DNA of 37,175 bases from Octopus bimaculoides. Its lineage: Eukaryota. The stretch spans positions 25,120,312 through 25,157,486 of the forward strand of contig NC_068982.1 in the NCBI RefSeq assembly GCF_001194135.2, in the 5' to 3' direction. The notes under the pieces were generated by a model, which saw only the letters and a list, made by a program, of their open reading frames with translations, searched no databases and had not been told where the DNA came from. The translations under genes and the position numbers were made by a program. Positions 36,669-37,175 of this stretch are shown piece by piece (position 1 is the stretch's first letter; each line of letters opens with the position of its first letter).

Positions 36669-37175
36669 CCCATTTAAATTTTGCATCCACCCATTGTTTT
36701 CGTTATTTCTCTAACCTGTTTCCAACTTTTTATCGTATACGAGAATCTCTCTTTACTGAAACCATCAACTATCACTTGCGTGAAGATGTTTTGTTTGTTG
36801 TTCTTTGGAAGGAGACAGAAGTAAATATTTCATAGTGATGAGACGAGTAAGAATTGTGAAAGACCACATAGATGGATTAATAGACAGGTTCGTGTTCAGC
36901 AGGGTCGTGTCAGCAGAGTATCAGAGAGGCAAACATGATTTGTCAGATAAAAATGGGTGCCGCAGAGAAAATATAGCAATCAAAATGATATAATATTTGG
37001 AGACGTAGAAAGATATTGAAAAAAATGTGCAAATAACGTAAGTGCTGAGAGTACCCATAACAAGGGGAGTGATAGTTGATGGTTTCAGTAAAGAGAGATT
37101 CTCGTATACGATAAAAAGTTGGGAACAGGTTAGAGAAATAACGAAAACAATGGGTGGATGCAAAATTTAAATGGG
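36669..37175. repeat. Near-perfect inverted repeat: arms 36669-36776 and 37068-37175, 291-bp spacer
   Basis: The 108-bp arms are 107/108 identical (single difference at 36721). The right arm runs to the last base of the window. Confidence 0.97.
36777..37175 (-). mobile_element. Possible decayed LINE RT fragment underlying the inverted repeat
   Basis: NFLSYTRISL in the arm (cf. SNFLSDRSI) and YSADTTL at ~36920-36900 (cf. YADDTTL) are in the expected order; similarity is weak. Confidence 0.3.

Noticed and set aside
1-37175. CRISPR arrays, rRNA, true tRNA genes or prokaryote-type operons
   Set aside because: None seen; the tRNA-like A/B boxes belong to SINE heads and do not form cloverleafs.

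Overview
AT-rich eukaryotic non-coding DNA with four assembly gaps. It looks like octopus (coleoid cephalopod) genome, inferred from the SINE families and microsatellite load rather than from a marker gene. No complete protein-coding gene is supportable, and most listed ORFs are microsatellite or N-run artefacts. The window is a transposon graveyard. It holds two tRNA-type SINE families (called SINE-A and SINE-B here, about 11 copies or fragments) and five non-LTR retrotransposon fragments, all on the minus strand. It also holds decayed hAT, Tc1/mariner, Ty3/gypsy and Helitron (PIF1) coding remnants and a MITE-like inverted-repeat element nested in a SINE. The best leads are: (1) a minimal type I hammerhead ribozyme in a ~180-bp non-coding element next to an (ATT)n tract at 23.4 kb, with a second degenerate candidate at ~0.5 kb; (2) a 107/108-identical inverted repeat running off the window end; (3) two phase-compatible candidate exons of a coiled-coil protein. 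Family assignments come from motif recognition by eye and need database confirmation. Nothing here proves a new biological system.
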